In this document: positions 10,804 through 21,137 of the stretch, in pieces
Position numbering within the stretch: the stretch's first letter is position 1
Layout of the letters: every line of letters begins with the position of its first letter
NCBI GenBank assembly: GCA_038318895.1
Contig: JBBQCS010000003.1
Coordinates: 9,381 to 73,380 of the forward strand
Length of the DNA: 64,000 nucleotides
Direction of reading: 5' to 3'
DNA from: Alphaproteobacteria bacterium
GTDB lineage: Bacteria; Pseudomonadota; Alphaproteobacteria; UBA11222
The notes under the pieces: model-generated
The model's database searches: none
What the model saw: only the letters and a program-made list of their open reading frames with translations
What the model was told of the DNA's origin: nothing
Made by a program: the position numbers and the translations under genes

Positions 10804-11262
10804 TTATCCGCGCCCGCGATAGTTGGGCACATCCTGCGGTGGCAACCATAGATTTTTTGGCACAGGGCCCGTCTGCCAGAACACGTCAATCGGCATCCCG
10901 CCGCGCGGATACCAGTAACCGCCAATACGCAGCCATTTGGGCGCGATCACCATCTTCAACCGCTTGGCAATGGCAAGCGTGCATTCTTCGTGAAAGGCGC
11001 CGTGATTGCGGAAGGATTGTAAAAACAGCTTCAGCGATTTGGATTCAACAATCCATTTGCCCGGAACATAGTCGATCATCAGATGCGCATAATCGGGCTG
11101 CCCGGTCATCGGGCATAGTGACGTAAATTCCGGACAGGTGAAACGTATGACATAATCCGTGTCGGGATGCGGATTGGACACTTTTTCGAGCGCAGCCTGA
11201 TCCGGCGATTTTGGTATCGCTACTTTCTTTCCAAGTTGCGTAAGAGACATTTTTTTTGGCAT
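10804..11262 (-). CDS. queF: NADPH-dependent 7-cyano-7-deazaguanine reductase (type I QueF)
   Basis: 152 aa with the catalytic Cys in CPEFTSLCP and a later HEE motif, the YkvM/QueF signature. Confidence 0.85.
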   Translation of the reverse strand: MPKKMSLTQLGKKVAIPKSPDQAALEKVSNPHPDTDYVIRFTCPEFTSLCPMTGQPDYAHLMIDYVPGKWIVESKSLKLFLQSFRNHGAFHEECTLAIAKRLKMVIAPKWLRIGGYWYPRGGMPIDVFWQTGPVPKNLWLPPQDVPNYRGRG

Positions 11263-11273
11263 GTTCGATTCCG

Positions 11274-12020
11274 TCAGTGGCTGAGTATCTGACTTAAAAA
11301 TTCCTGGGTGCGTGGGTGCTGCGGATTATTGAAAAATTCTTCCGGCGCATTCTCTTCGACGATCTGCCCCTCATCCATGAAAATCACTCGGTCTGCAACG
11401 GTGCGGGCAAAGCCCATTTCGTGGGTGACACACAGCATCGTCATCCCCTCCCCCGCCAGTGTGATCATCACGTCCAGCACCTCTTTAATCATTTCCGGAT
11501 CAAGCGACGATGTCGGTTCATCAAACAGCATAATTTCCGGGTTCATGCACAGCGCGCGCGCAATCGCTACCCGTTGCTGCTGACCGCCCGAGAGCTGCCC
11601 TGGAAACTTGTCGGCCTGATCGGCAATTTGCACCCGCGCAAGATAACTCATCGCCATTTCATGCGCCTGCGCCTTTGGCAGTTTACGCACCCAGATAGGC
11701 GCCAGGGTGCAATTTTCAAGAATCGTCAGATGCGGGAACAAATTAAACGATTGAAATACCATGCCAACCTCAGCGCGAACCTCATCAATCCGCTTCAGAT
11801 CATTGTTCAACTCGATGCCATTAACAACAATCCTGCCCTGCTGATGTTCCTCCAGCCGATTGATGCAGCGGATCAGGGTGGACTTGCCCGAACCGCTTGG
11901 GCCGCAAATAACAATCCGGTCGCCCCGTCTGACAGTCAGGTCAATTTCTTTCAGCGCGTGGAATGCGCCGTACCATTTATTGAGTCCGGTAATTTCAATA
12001 GCCATGGAATCTTCGTTCAC
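11274..12020 (-). CDS. aapP: General L-amino acid ABC transporter, ATP-binding protein
   Basis: Walker [10 protein letters not shown], signature [15 protein letters not shown] and Walker [11 protein letters not shown]. Polar amino-acid ABC ATPase family. Confidence 0.9.
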   Translation of the reverse strand: MNEDSMAIEITGLNKWYGAFHALKEIDLTVRRGDRIVICGPSGSGKSTLIRCINRLEEHQQGRIVVNGIELNNDLKRIDEVRAEVGMVFQSFNLFPHLTILENCTLAPIWVRKLPKAQAHEMAMSYLARVQIADQADKFPGQLSGGQQQRVAIARALCMNPEIMLFDEPTSSLDPEMIKEVLDVMITLAGEGMTMLCVTHEMGFARTVADRVIFMDEGQIVEENAPEEFFNNPQHPRTQEFLSQILSH

Positions 12021-13135
12021 GCGCGCCGTGTCCCCTCGTTTAAGCGGGCCTCAAGACGCATGGAATACCGCGACATCGAATAACATATAATCCAGTAAAC
12101 CAGAGCGGCAAACGCATAGCCCGTGGCGGCAGTTTGCGGAGTTGCCCAGTTTGCATCGGAAAAGTTCACCTGTATGCTGCCAAGAAAGTCAAACAGTCCC
12201 ACAATCATAACCAATGTCGTGTCCTTGAATAGGCCGATAAACGTATTCACGATGCCCGGGATTACCAAGCGTAACGCCTGCGGCATGATAATTAGCAGAT
12301 TCGCCTGCCAGAAACCCAATCCCAGCGCGCTGGCCGCTTCATACTGGCCACGCGGGATGGCCTGCAACCCACCGCGCACCACTTCCGCCATATAAGCGGA
12401 AGAAAACAGCGCCACACCTATCAACACCCGCAGCAATTTATCGAAATTGGTTCCCGCCGGCAAAAACAGCGGCAACATGACGCTGGCCATGAATAGCACA
12501 GTAATCAAAGGCACACCGCGCCACGCTTCAATATAGATCACCGACAATACACGCATCACCGGCATTTGTGAGCGCCGCCCCAGCGCCAATACAATACCAA
12601 GCGGGAATGAAACAACGATGCCCACGGACGCCACCACAAAGGTCAGCAGCAAACCGCCCCAAAGCGTAGTTTCCACTTCCGGCAGACCGAACCTTCCGCC
12701 CGTCAGCAAAATATAGGCAATGACAGGATAGATCAGCAATCCAAACACCGCAATGTAACGCCGCCCCGGCATACGCTCGATCATCAACAGGCCAACAGTC
12801 AGCGCGCCAGCCAAAAACGCCAGGTCCACACGCCAGCGTTCTTCAAACGTATAAGTGCCATATATAAACTGACCGAATTTTGCGGCAACGAACGCCCAAC
12901 AGGCGCCGGCGCCTTCGACCAGGCAGGCTTCGCGCCCGCTGCCTTGCCACACAGCATCAAGCAACGCCCATTCTATTAGCGGCGGCACGACGGTCCACAA
13001 CACATACATGCCAAACAGCGTCAGCAGCGTATTGCTTGCCGAGGAAAACAGATTGCCCCGCAGCCACCCCAACACACCCACATTCATCCCAGGAGGTGGG
13101 GTCTCGACCAGATAGGTGTCGCGAACAAAGCTCAT
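12017..13135 (-). CDS. aapM: General L-amino acid ABC transporter permease
   Basis: 372-aa polytopic permease with the ABC permease EAA-like region. 4-nt overlaps with both neighbours. Confidence 0.8.
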   Translation of the reverse strand: MSFVRDTYLVETPPPGMNVGVLGWLRGNLFSSASNTLLTLFGMYVLWTVVPPLIEWALLDAVWQGSGREACLVEGAGACWAFVAAKFGQFIYGTYTFEERWRVDLAFLAGALTVGLLMIERMPGRRYIAVFGLLIYPVIAYILLTGGRFGLPEVETTLWGGLLLTFVVASVGIVVSFPLGIVLALGRRSQMPVMRVLSVIYIEAWRGVPLITVLFMASVMLPLFLPAGTNFDKLLRVLIGVALFSSAYMAEVVRGGLQAIPRGQYEAASALGLGFWQANLLIIMPQALRLVIPGIVNTFIGLFKDTTLVMIVGLFDFLGSIQVNFSDANWATPQTAATGYAFAALVYWIICYSMSRYSMRLEARLNEGTRRA

Positions 13136-14289
13136 CGTTCCACCAATGCGATACGCGAATTGTAAAAATTCATCGCCGCCGACGTCAGCAAACTAAGGCC
13201 GAGATAAACCGCCATGGTGATCGTCAGCACCTCGATCGCCTGCCCGGTCTGGTTAAGTACGGTTCCGGCAAATACCGACGCCAGTTCAGGATAGGCCAAC
13301 GCCGCCGCGAGAGACGAGTTTTTCGTAAGGTTTAAATACTGGCTGGTCAGTGGGGGAATGATCACTCTTAAGGCCTGCGGAATAACCACGAGCCGCAAGA
13401 TTTGCGTCCGGCGCAGCCCCAGCGCCTGAGCGGCCTCACTCTGGCCCCAGCTCACAGCCTGAATGCCGGAACGCACAATCTCCGCAATAAAGGCCGCCGT
13501 ATAGATAGAGAGCGCCAACACCAGCGCCAGCAATTCCGGAATGGCGCGCAAACCCCCGACAAAATTAAAGCCACGCAATTCCGGCACCTCGAAATGCAGC
13601 GGCGCCCCGGCAAGCCAGAATGTGATCAAGGGCAAGCCAAACAGCAAACCAAGGCTGGGCCACATTATGGGCAGACCGCGCCCGGTCGCGATGCGCCTGC
13701 GCTGCGACCAATGGCGCAGAAAAACAATGCCCAGCAGCGCGATGAAAAATGCCGCAACAACAAATCCGAACCCTGGCTCGCCCACTGGCGCGGGTAAATA
13801 CAGACCGCGATTATTCATCAGCAGACTTCCAATCTCCAGACTGTTACGCGGAGCCGGCAGATTGCTGAGCACGGCGGTATACCAGAACAGGATTTGCAGC
13901 AGCAGCGGGATATTACGAAAAGTTTCGATGTACACAGTGGCGAGCCGCGCCACCAGCCAGTTGGGAGACAGGCGCGCGATACCAACCAGAAAGCCCACAA
14001 CCGTAGCAAAGAAAATACCAATCCCGGCCACCAGCAAGGTGTTCAGCAGAGCCACCAGAAATGCGCGGCCATACGATGAGGATTCGGAATATTCTATCAA
14101 TGTCTGGCTGATGCCAAAGCCAGCGGTATGCTGCAAAAAGCCGAAGCCGGAGGCGACATTCAGCGCGTTAAGATTGTCTACCGTGTTGGTGACAATGATT
14201 GCGATAAACCCACCAACCACCAGCACAGCGAGAATCTGAAAAAACCACGCACGAATGCGCGGATCATTCCAGAATGCCTGCGTGCGCAT
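13132..14289 (-). CDS. aapQ: General L-amino acid ABC transporter permease
   Basis: 385-aa polytopic permease in the aapJQMP order. Confidence 0.8.
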   Translation of the reverse strand: MRTQAFWNDPRIRAWFFQILAVLVVGGFIAIIVTNTVDNLNALNVASGFGFLQHTAGFGISQTLIEYSESSSYGRAFLVALLNTLLVAGIGIFFATVVGFLVGIARLSPNWLVARLATVYIETFRNIPLLLQILFWYTAVLSNLPAPRNSLEIGSLLMNNRGLYLPAPVGEPGFGFVVAAFFIALLGIVFLRHWSQRRRIATGRGLPIMWPSLGLLFGLPLITFWLAGAPLHFEVPELRGFNFVGGLRAIPELLALVLALSIYTAAFIAEIVRSGIQAVSWGQSEAAQALGLRRTQILRLVVIPQALRVIIPPLTSQYLNLTKNSSLAAALAYPELASVFAGTVLNQTGQAIEVLTITMAVYLGLSLLTSAAMNFYNSRIALVER

Positions 14290-14298
14290 ACCCGTAAA

Positions 14299-15312
14299 TC
14301 AGCGAATTGGCGGTGCGTACTGAATGCCACCTTGCGTGTACAAGGCATTCAGACCACGCGGAATACCCAGCGGCGAGTCCTTGCCCACATTTCTGTCAAA
14401 CATTTCTGCGTAATTGCCGACTTTGGCAATAATGTTATAGGCCCAGTCATCTGAAAGCCCCATACCTTCGCCGAATTTTCCCTCCGTACCGAGCACACGG
14501 CGAATTTCCGGATTGTCGCTTTCGCGCATCCCCGCCACGTTCCCGGAATTGAGCCCAAGTTCTTCCGCGTTAAGCATCGTGTACAACGTCCAGGATACAA
14601 TGTCCCCCCATTGATTATCCCCATGCCGGACTACCGGGCCCAAGGGCTCCTTGGAGATAATTTCCGGCAGGACAATATTTTCCTGCGGATCCTTTAAGGT
14701 GAGCCGGTTGGCGTAAAGGCCGGACCGGTCCGTCGTATAGGTATCACAACGTCCGGATTCATAAGCGGCAACAACCTCGTCGTCTTTCTCAAACGTGATC
14801 GGTTCATACTTCATGTTGTTGGAACGGAAATAGTCGGCCAGAGTCAGTGACGTGGACGTCCCCATCAATACGCAAACGCTGGCGCCATCCAGATCTTTGG
14901 CACTTTTGACGCCAGAGCTTTTACGCACCATGAACCCCTGCCCGTCATAATAAATGACGCCGCGAAAGTCGAAGCCCAACGCCGTATCGCGCGACAGCGC
15001 CCAGGTGGTATTGCGTGACAGCACATCGATCTCGCGAGATTGCAGGGCGGTGAAGCGCTCCTTGGCCGACAATGGTGTGAACTTGACCTTTTCCGGATCA
15101 CCGAAAATCGCCGCGGCAATCGCCCGGCACAAATCGACATCGATACCCGTCCAGCCGCCCTTGTCATCCGGGCTGGAAAACCCCTTTAATCCCTGGCTGA
15201 CCCCGCATTGCACAAAGCCCTTCTTTTTCACGTCGTCCAGGGTGGTGGCGGATGCCGCAGAGGCGAACGCGATCAACGCCGCAGTTGAAGCCAATAGTAG
15301 ATACCTGCGCAT
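14299..15312 (-). CDS. aapJ: General L-amino acid ABC transporter periplasmic substrate-binding protein
   Basis: Signal peptide MRRYLLLASTAALIAFASAASA. 337-aa family 3 solute-binding protein located upstream of aapQMP. Confidence 0.85.
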   Translation of the reverse strand: MRRYLLLASTAALIAFASAASATTLDDVKKKGFVQCGVSQGLKGFSSPDDKGGWTGIDVDLCRAIAAAIFGDPEKVKFTPLSAKERFTALQSREIDVLSRNTTWALSRDTALGFDFRGVIYYDGQGFMVRKSSGVKSAKDLDGASVCVLMGTSTSLTLADYFRSNNMKYEPITFEKDDEVVAAYESGRCDTYTTDRSGLYANRLTLKDPQENIVLPEIISKEPLGPVVRHGDNQWGDIVSWTLYTMLNAEELGLNSGNVAGMRESDNPEIRRVLGTEGKFGEGMGLSDDWAYNIIAKVGNYAEMFDRNVGKDSPLGIPRGLNALYTQGGIQYAPPIR

Positions 15313-15430
15313 TACGCTAACCCCCTTCTCGTGATTGTTTCAGAATCAAGAGATGTTACAATGATGTGCACGTCATCAACAGTTTTTTCGGGAAGGTCAA
15401 TACAATGCGGTGACATCAAGCCCGGCTAAA

Positions 15431-16933
15431 TCAGCTGCGCGCCCTGTTCAGAGTGCCCTGGTTCCGCCGGTAGAGATGCTCTTCACTTTCATCCGATAAC
15501 CTGGTTCCGCCCTGATCCGGCCCCCCAATAGTCACGCGGTCCGCCGGCAGGCGCAAACTAACTTCAGTTCCGATTTGCGGCCTGGATTGTATGGTCAGCG
15601 AGCCGCCATGCATTTCCAATAATGCCTTTGCCAGCGGCAATCCAAGGCCGGTGTCATACGCATCGACCACATTTCCGCTTTCCGCCGCCCGCTCAAATGG
15701 CGTTAACGCCCGCTGAATTTCGACCTCGGACATGCCAACGCCATCGTCGGCGATAACGATTTCCAGCCCGCAGTCGTCCGTTGCACGCCAACTGACCCCG
15801 ACAGTCTGGCCATCTCCCGAAAAATTGACCGCATTCTCCAGAAGACTAACAAGCGATTGTTTCAGGCGTATGCGGTCAACGGCAAGGCGATATTGCGGCA
15901 TATCTGGCGCCAGACGTATTTCCACCTGCTTCATCGCCGCGGCCGGTGAAGCCATGCTGATCGCCGATTCAACCAACATCTGCAAATCAAACTCATCATC
16001 AGATAACAGCAGCGAACCGCTTTCGATCTTCGACAGATCAAGAATATCGTTTATCGTTCCCAGTAACTGGTCCCCGCTCGCCGAGATATCCCCGGCATAG
16101 TCCGCGTACCGGCGATCCCCCAAAGGCCCGAACACTTCCTGCTGAAGCAGTTCGGAAAAGCCGATAATGGAATTCAGCGGCGTTCGTAATTCGTGACTTA
16201 TATTGGCGATAAAACGGGACTTTGCGGCGTTCGCGAGTTCCGCATCCAGAAGAGATCCCTGTAACCGGGTCAGCATTTCCCGCCGCTCAAAGCGCAGCCG
16301 CAGCGATTCAGTCAATGTGGCGTTAGCCGTAAGCGCGCCACGCGCAAAAATCAGTCCGATCAAAGCAACGCCCGCCGCCATGATGAAATAATCAAGTTGC
16401 TGTTCCTTCGAAAGACGCAGGATTACCGGTCCGTTCACACAGACAACGGCTACAATAATTGCCGGCCTCAAAGGCAGGAACTTAGTCATAACTGAGATAT
16501 TGCCAATCAGCGCCGCCGAGGCAAGCACACCAATTGTCATTACAGAAACCGGATCCCAGAATACGAAGAAAAGACTGCTCCACGCCGTACTCATGACGCC
16601 AATCTGTAAGGTGAAAAGCATCGCCCATCTCAGATAATCAGGCTCTGCGCTACCGGAGTTACTAATGGCGCGATTAAAAAGCGCCGAGAGAAGAAGCCCC
16701 GAAACGCTGGCCAGCGCGAAAACGGCACTCCACGCAAGCGCCATAGTCAGGCTGGTCTTTTCCGCAGCAACAAAGCCCAGCGCGATAAGGCCAGCCCCCG
16801 AGATAAAGATAAGTACATCCAGGACGGATCCCTTGGCGATCAAGCGCACTTGCTCGCTTAATATTTCCTCAAGGATTTTACCCTGTGAATCCCTGGCGAA
16901 CAGCCGGGAAAATAAATTTCGCAACATAGACAC
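15431..16933 (-). CDS. Sensor histidine kinase (multi-TM N-terminus, HisKA + HATPase_c); orphan, with no adjacent response regulator
   Basis: H-box ISHELRTPLNSIIGFSELL; N, G1 and G2 boxes (…DDGVGMS…, GLGLPLAKALLEMHGG). The N-terminal ~200 aa are hydrophobic. Confidence 0.85.
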   Translation of the reverse strand: MSMLRNLFSRLFARDSQGKILEEILSEQVRLIAKGSVLDVLIFISGAGLIALGFVAAEKTSLTMALAWSAVFALASVSGLLLSALFNRAISNSGSAEPDYLRWAMLFTLQIGVMSTAWSSLFFVFWDPVSVMTIGVLASAALIGNISVMTKFLPLRPAIIVAVVCVNGPVILRLSKEQQLDYFIMAAGVALIGLIFARGALTANATLTESLRLRFERREMLTRLQGSLLDAELANAAKSRFIANISHELRTPLNSIIGFSELLQQEVFGPLGDRRYADYAGDISASGDQLLGTINDILDLSKIESGSLLLSDDEFDLQMLVESAISMASPAAAMKQVEIRLAPDMPQYRLAVDRIRLKQSLVSLLENAVNFSGDGQTVGVSWRATDDCGLEIVIADDGVGMSEVEIQRALTPFERAAESGNVVDAYDTGLGLPLAKALLEMHGGSLTIQSRPQIGTEVSLRLPADRVTIGGPDQGGTRLSDESEEHLYRRNQGTLNRARS

Positions 16934-17070
16934 GCCTTAAAAAGAAATTCGCATAAAAATAGCTAGTAAATCGGGTACGTAAAAAAAACTGTAATAAGAT
17001 GAATTTATTGAAGCGAACGTTAAAGAATAATTTAGGCTATGTGTCAACAACTAGCGCCTGGACCGGAAAA

Positions 17071-17556
17071 TTAAGATTCAGGCGTAAGCAAAAACACCGG
17101 GATATCGCGTGAGGTTCTGTCCTGGTAAACTTGATAATCCGGATACATAGCGACCAGACGTGGCCACAACTCCGCCTTGCGCTGTGCGCTCGCCGTACTG
17201 GCCTGCACATTCATCGTCGTTGCGCCGATTTGAACTTGCGCATTAGGCATTTTAAGCAAATTCACTGCCCAGGCGGGAGGTTTATCAGCCCCTGCAAATG
17301 ATCCTACGATAGCGTAAGTTGAATCGCCCACATCCAGATACAGCAACGGCGTGGTGCGCGGTTGGCCGCTTTTATTCCCGGTTGTGGTTAACAATATGAT
17401 CGGCGCATTGAACATCCGCCCACCAATCCGGCCGCCTGAAATGCGATACAACCAAACATGTGCCTTGGACATCGTGGTCGCGACGAAATGACCAGCTCCC
17501 CGCCCTGACGGTTTTGGTGGTGCCATGACAACTCCCCATTTGAGAATCACAATCAT
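17071..17556 (-). CDS. Deazaflavin-dependent nitroreductase-family oxidoreductase (DUF385/PNPOx-like)
   Basis: …GGRMFNAPIILLTTTGNKSGQPRTTPLLYLDVGDSTYAIVGSFAGADKPPAWAVNL… matches the DUF385 signature. The true start may be the internal Met at 17526. Confidence 0.65.
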   Translation of the reverse strand: MIVILKWGVVMAPPKPSGRGAGHFVATTMSKAHVWLYRISGGRIGGRMFNAPIILLTTTGNKSGQPRTTPLLYLDVGDSTYAIVGSFAGADKPPAWAVNLLKMPNAQVQIGATTMNVQASTASAQRKAELWPRLVAMYPDYQVYQDRTSRDIPVFLLTPES

Positions 17557-17668
17557 ATAAGTTGGACATCACACAGCGCATAAATCAAGGACGAAGTGAG
17601 CTATGCTGTATGTCACTATATGTGTCATTAGGGTTATTGGCTATTATAGGCGATTAAGGGAGAGAAAT

Positions 17669-18406
17669 ATGTTCGATCTAACTGGCAAATGCGCTCTTGT
17701 TACTGGAGCCACCGGGGGTATTGGCGGCGCCGTCGCGCGCGCGTTGCATGCGCGTGGCGCGTCCGTCGGTCTTTCGGGCACCCGCCAGGAGATGCTGCGC
17801 GAACTGGCTGCGGAGCTTGGCGCACGCGCGCACGTGCTGCCGTGCGATCTGGCAGATGCTGCTGCTGTGGGCGCGCTTCCCAAACAGGCGGAAGAGGCAA
17901 TGGGTCAAATTGATATCCTGGTGAATAATGCAGGGCTGACCCGCGATAATCTGTTCATGCGCATGAAGGATGAGGAATGGGACACGGTGCTGAGTGTCAA
18001 CCTGACCTCCGCTTTCAAGCTGTCCCGCGGGGTGCTGCGCGGCATGATGAAGCGGCGCTGGGGGCGAATCATCTCGATCACATCCGTCGTCGGCGTCACC
18101 GGCAATCCGGGTCAGGGCAACTATGCCGCCTCGAAAGCTGGCATGATCGGCATGAGCAAAAGCCTGGCCCAGGAAATCGCCAGCCGGGGCATCACCGTCA
18201 ATTGCGTGGCCCCTGGCATGATCAAGACCGCCATGACCGACGCACTGGATGACGGGCAGCGGGCGCGGCTGCTGGACGCCATACCCGCCGGACGGCTTGG
18301 CGATAGTGCGGACGTGGCCAATTGTGTGTTGTTTCTGGCCAGCGAGGAGACCGCCTATGTTACTGGCCAGACCCTGCATGTGAACGGCGGCATGGCCATG
18401 ATATGA
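17669..18406 (+). CDS. fabG: 3-oxoacyl-[ACP] reductase
   Basis: SDR family: TGATGGIGGAVARAL and the catalytic YAASKAG. The preferred ATG at 17669 has an AAGGGAGAG RBS; the ORF track begins upstream at 17603. Confidence 0.9.
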   Translation: MFDLTGKCALVTGATGGIGGAVARALHARGASVGLSGTRQEMLRELAAELGARAHVLPCDLADAAAVGALPKQAEEAMGQIDILVNNAGLTRDNLFMRMKDEEWDTVLSVNLTSAFKLSRGVLRGMMKRRWGRIISITSVVGVTGNPGQGNYAASKAGMIGMSKSLAQEIASRGITVNCVAPGMIKTAMTDALDDGQRARLLDAIPAGRLGDSADVANCVLFLASEETAYVTGQTLHVNGGMAMI

Positions 18407-18533
18407 AGTTAATTTCGGGCTTTCGGGTAACTGGCGTTGCGCAATAAAGTATGCTACCTGCACACCCTGATATAAACCCAAATAGGCGGCCCCTGGGTTG
18501 GGGATTAGCTGAACTACCAGAAAGGACATTTGC

Positions 18534-18770
18534 ATGAGCGACATCGCCGCCACCGTTAAGAAGATTGTGATTGAGCATTTAGGCGTGGAAGCGGAAAAAG
18601 TCGTTGAAGGCGCAAGCTTTATAGACGACCTGGGCGCCGATAGCCTGGACACGGTTGAACTTGTAATGGCGTTTGAAGAAGAATTCGGTGTCGAAATTCC
18701 CGATGACGCAGCCGAAAATATTCAAACTGTACAAGACGCTATCAATTTTCTGAAGTCCGCGAAGAGCTGA
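18534..18770 (+). CDS. acpP: Acyl carrier protein
   Basis: 78 aa containing the DSLD phosphopantetheine attachment motif ([14 protein letters not shown]). Confidence 0.95.
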   Translation: MSDIAATVKKIVIEHLGVEAEKVVEGASFIDDLGADSLDTVELVMAFEEEFGVEIPDDAAENIQTVQDAINFLKSAKS

Positions 18771-18780
18771 TATCACTCTC

Positions 18781-20046
18781 ATGAGACGCGTAGTAGTCAC
18801 CGGAATGGGTATGGTGACGCCACTCGGCGACGGGGTGGACGTCAATTGGCGGCGCTTGCTTGCAGGCCATAGCGGCGCGGGGCCAATTACGCGATTCGAC
18901 GCATCGCAATATGCGGCGCGCATCGCCTGTGAAGTGCCACGTGGTGACGGCGGTGACGGCGCATTTAACGCCGACACCTATGTATCGCCCAAAGAACAGC
19001 GCCGCATGGACGACTTTATTATTTACGGCATTGCCGCCGCCAAACAGGCAATTCTTGATTCGGGCTGGGAAGCCAGCAGCGAAGAAGACCGTTGCCGGGC
19101 CGGTGTGATGATCGGTTCTGGCATTGGCGGCCTGCCGGGAATTGAAAAGGCGTCGCTGGAACTGGCGGAGCGCGGACCGCGCCGGGTCAGCCCATTCTTT
19201 ATCACCGGAAGACTGATCAACCTTGTCTCGGGCAATGTCTCGATCGAGTTTGGCCTCAAGGGCCCGAACCATTCGGTGGTTACCGCCTGCGCATCCGGTT
19301 CACACGCCATTGGCGACGCCGCTCGGCTCATTCAATATGACGACGCCGACGTGATGGTCGCCGGCGGCGCAGAAGCAACTGTCTGTCCCATCGGGGTTGC
19401 GGGATTTGCCGCCTGCAAGGCGTTGAGCACAAACTTCAATGATGAGCCTTCCCGCGCGTCGCGCCCCTATGACAGGGACCGCGATGGTTTTGTCATGGGC
19501 GAAGGCGCCGGCATTGTGGTGCTGGAAGAAATGGAATACGCCAAGAAACGCGGCGCAAAGATTTATGCGGAAATCATCGGATACGGGTTGAGCGGTGACG
19601 CCTATCACATCACTGCGCCGGAAGAAACCGGCGATGGCGGCTTTCGCGCCATGCAGATGGCTCTGAAAAAGGCGGGGATAACGCCGTCAGATATTCAATA
19701 TGTGAACGCGCATGGCACGTCGACGCCGCTGGGGGATGAAATCGAACTTGGCGCCGTTACCCACCTGTTTGGAAACTCCGCCGCTGATCTGGTGATGTCA
19801 TCGACAAAATCTTCCATCGGACATTTGCTCGGAGCCGCCGGTGCGGTAGAGGCGATCTATTCCATTCTCGCTATTCGTGATGGCGTTGCCCCGCCGACAA
19901 TCAACCTGGATAACCCCTCGGTTGAGACGCGGATCAATCTTGCGGCAAATGCGCCGGTCGAACGCAAGATCGACACCGTGCTGTCGAACAGCTTTGGTTT
20001 CGGTGGCACCAACGCCTCCCTTCTAATAAGTCGGGCGCGGCTATAA
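18781..20046 (+). CDS. fabF: 3-oxoacyl-[ACP] synthase II
   Basis: 421-aa KAS II with the active-site Cys in VVTACASG and His residues in YVNAHGTSTPLGD and …HLLGAAG…. Confidence 0.9.
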   Translation: MRRVVVTGMGMVTPLGDGVDVNWRRLLAGHSGAGPITRFDASQYAARIACEVPRGDGGDGAFNADTYVSPKEQRRMDDFIIYGIAAAKQAILDSGWEASSEEDRCRAGVMIGSGIGGLPGIEKASLELAERGPRRVSPFFITGRLINLVSGNVSIEFGLKGPNHSVVTACASGSHAIGDAARLIQYDDADVMVAGGAEATVCPIGVAGFAACKALSTNFNDEPSRASRPYDRDRDGFVMGEGAGIVVLEEMEYAKKRGAKIYAEIIGYGLSGDAYHITAPEETGDGGFRAMQMALKKAGITPSDIQYVNAHGTSTPLGDEIELGAVTHLFGNSAADLVMSSTKSSIGHLLGAAGAVEAIYSILAIRDGVAPPTINLDNPSVETRINLAANAPVERKIDTVLSNSFGFGGTNASLLISRARL

Positions 20047-20062
20047 CGGTTCTGGTTTACGA

Positions 20063-21076
20063 ATGACTCTTCGGCCGTCCGTCCGGCGCACGGTCATAAT
20101 TCTTGCCTGGAGTGTCATGGCGATCACCGTAGTGGGCGCTAGCGCATGGCACTGGACGCAGACATGGCTGGATGCACCCGGACCACACAATACTGAAATT
20201 ATTGCCGAGTTGCCCAAAGGCACGTCGCTTGCAGGAATTGCCGAAAGGTTACGAAACGCTGGCGTCATAAAGCGACCCATGCTGTTTCGCGCCTTCGCGA
20301 TGGCGACCGACGACGCACGCCGCCTGAAAGCCGGCGAGTATGCGTTTCCACCTGCGGCAAGCATGCGCATGATCCTGAGACAAATTACTCTCGGCGCTGT
20401 TTTACAACACCGCATTACAATTGCCGAAGGCCTGACCACTTCCGAAATTCTGGCGCTTATCGCCGCCACCGAACCGTTAAGCGGGAACCTGCCTGCGGCG
20501 CCGCCCGAGGGTAGCCTGCTGCCGGAAACGTATAATTTCCCCCGAGGTGAGAGCCGCGCAGCAATGATCGCCCGCATGCAAACCGCGCGGACAGCACTGC
20601 TTGCGCAAGCCTGGGAGAACCGCATGCCACACCTCCCGCTCGCCACTCCCGAGGCCGCAGTAATTCTGGCGTCGATCGTCGAGAAAGAAACCAGCATTGC
20701 CGCCGAACGCCCGCTGGTCGCCGGGGTATTTTATAACCGTCTGCGCATAGGTATGGCGTTGCAGTCTGATCCCACCGTGGTTTACGCCCGCGACAAGGGC
20801 ATGCCTAATAACAAGCCGATCAGCCGCAAGGATATCGCAATCGACAGTCCTTTTAACACCTATAATCAGCCGGGCCTGCCCCCAGCCCCAATCACCAATC
20901 CGGGGCGGGCCGCACTACTGGCGGTATTGCATCCTGCCGCCACAGATGCCCTGTATTTCGCTGCTGACGGCAGCGGTGGCCACGCTTTCGCCGCCAGTCT
21001 CAAAGAGCACAATAAAAACGTCGCCAAATTACGGGCGCGCGAAAAAGCAAAGCGGAATTATTCACCTGAGCAATAG
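20063..21076 (+). CDS. mltG: Endolytic murein transglycosylase MltG (YceG-like)
   Basis: N-terminal TM segment followed by a YceG-like domain (…LASIVEKETS…NRLRIGMALQSDPTVVY…). Conserved fabF-mltG synteny. Confidence 0.85.
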   Translation: MTLRPSVRRTVIILAWSVMAITVVGASAWHWTQTWLDAPGPHNTEIIAELPKGTSLAGIAERLRNAGVIKRPMLFRAFAMATDDARRLKAGEYAFPPAASMRMILRQITLGAVLQHRITIAEGLTTSEILALIAATEPLSGNLPAAPPEGSLLPETYNFPRGESRAAMIARMQTARTALLAQAWENRMPHLPLATPEAAVILASIVEKETSIAAERPLVAGVFYNRLRIGMALQSDPTVVYARDKGMPNNKPISRKDIAIDSPFNTYNQPGLPPAPITNPGRAALLAVLHPAATDALYFAADGSGGHAFAASLKEHNKNVAKLRAREKAKRNYSPEQ

Positions 21077-21137
21077 TCGGAAATATGGCATAGTACTTTT
21101 TTTGTAAACGGCAACATCGCAAGGAGCCACCGCAATA

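Noticed and set aside
11316-12083. 255-aa + strand ORF over aapP
   Set aside because: It is antisense to an ABC ATPase with intact Walker A, signature and Walker B motifs.
17678-18652. 324-aa minus-strand ORF spanning fabG and the acpP upstream region
   Set aside because: It is antisense to fabG, which has clear SDR motifs, and to the conserved fabG-acpP spacer; it is a GC-driven open frame.
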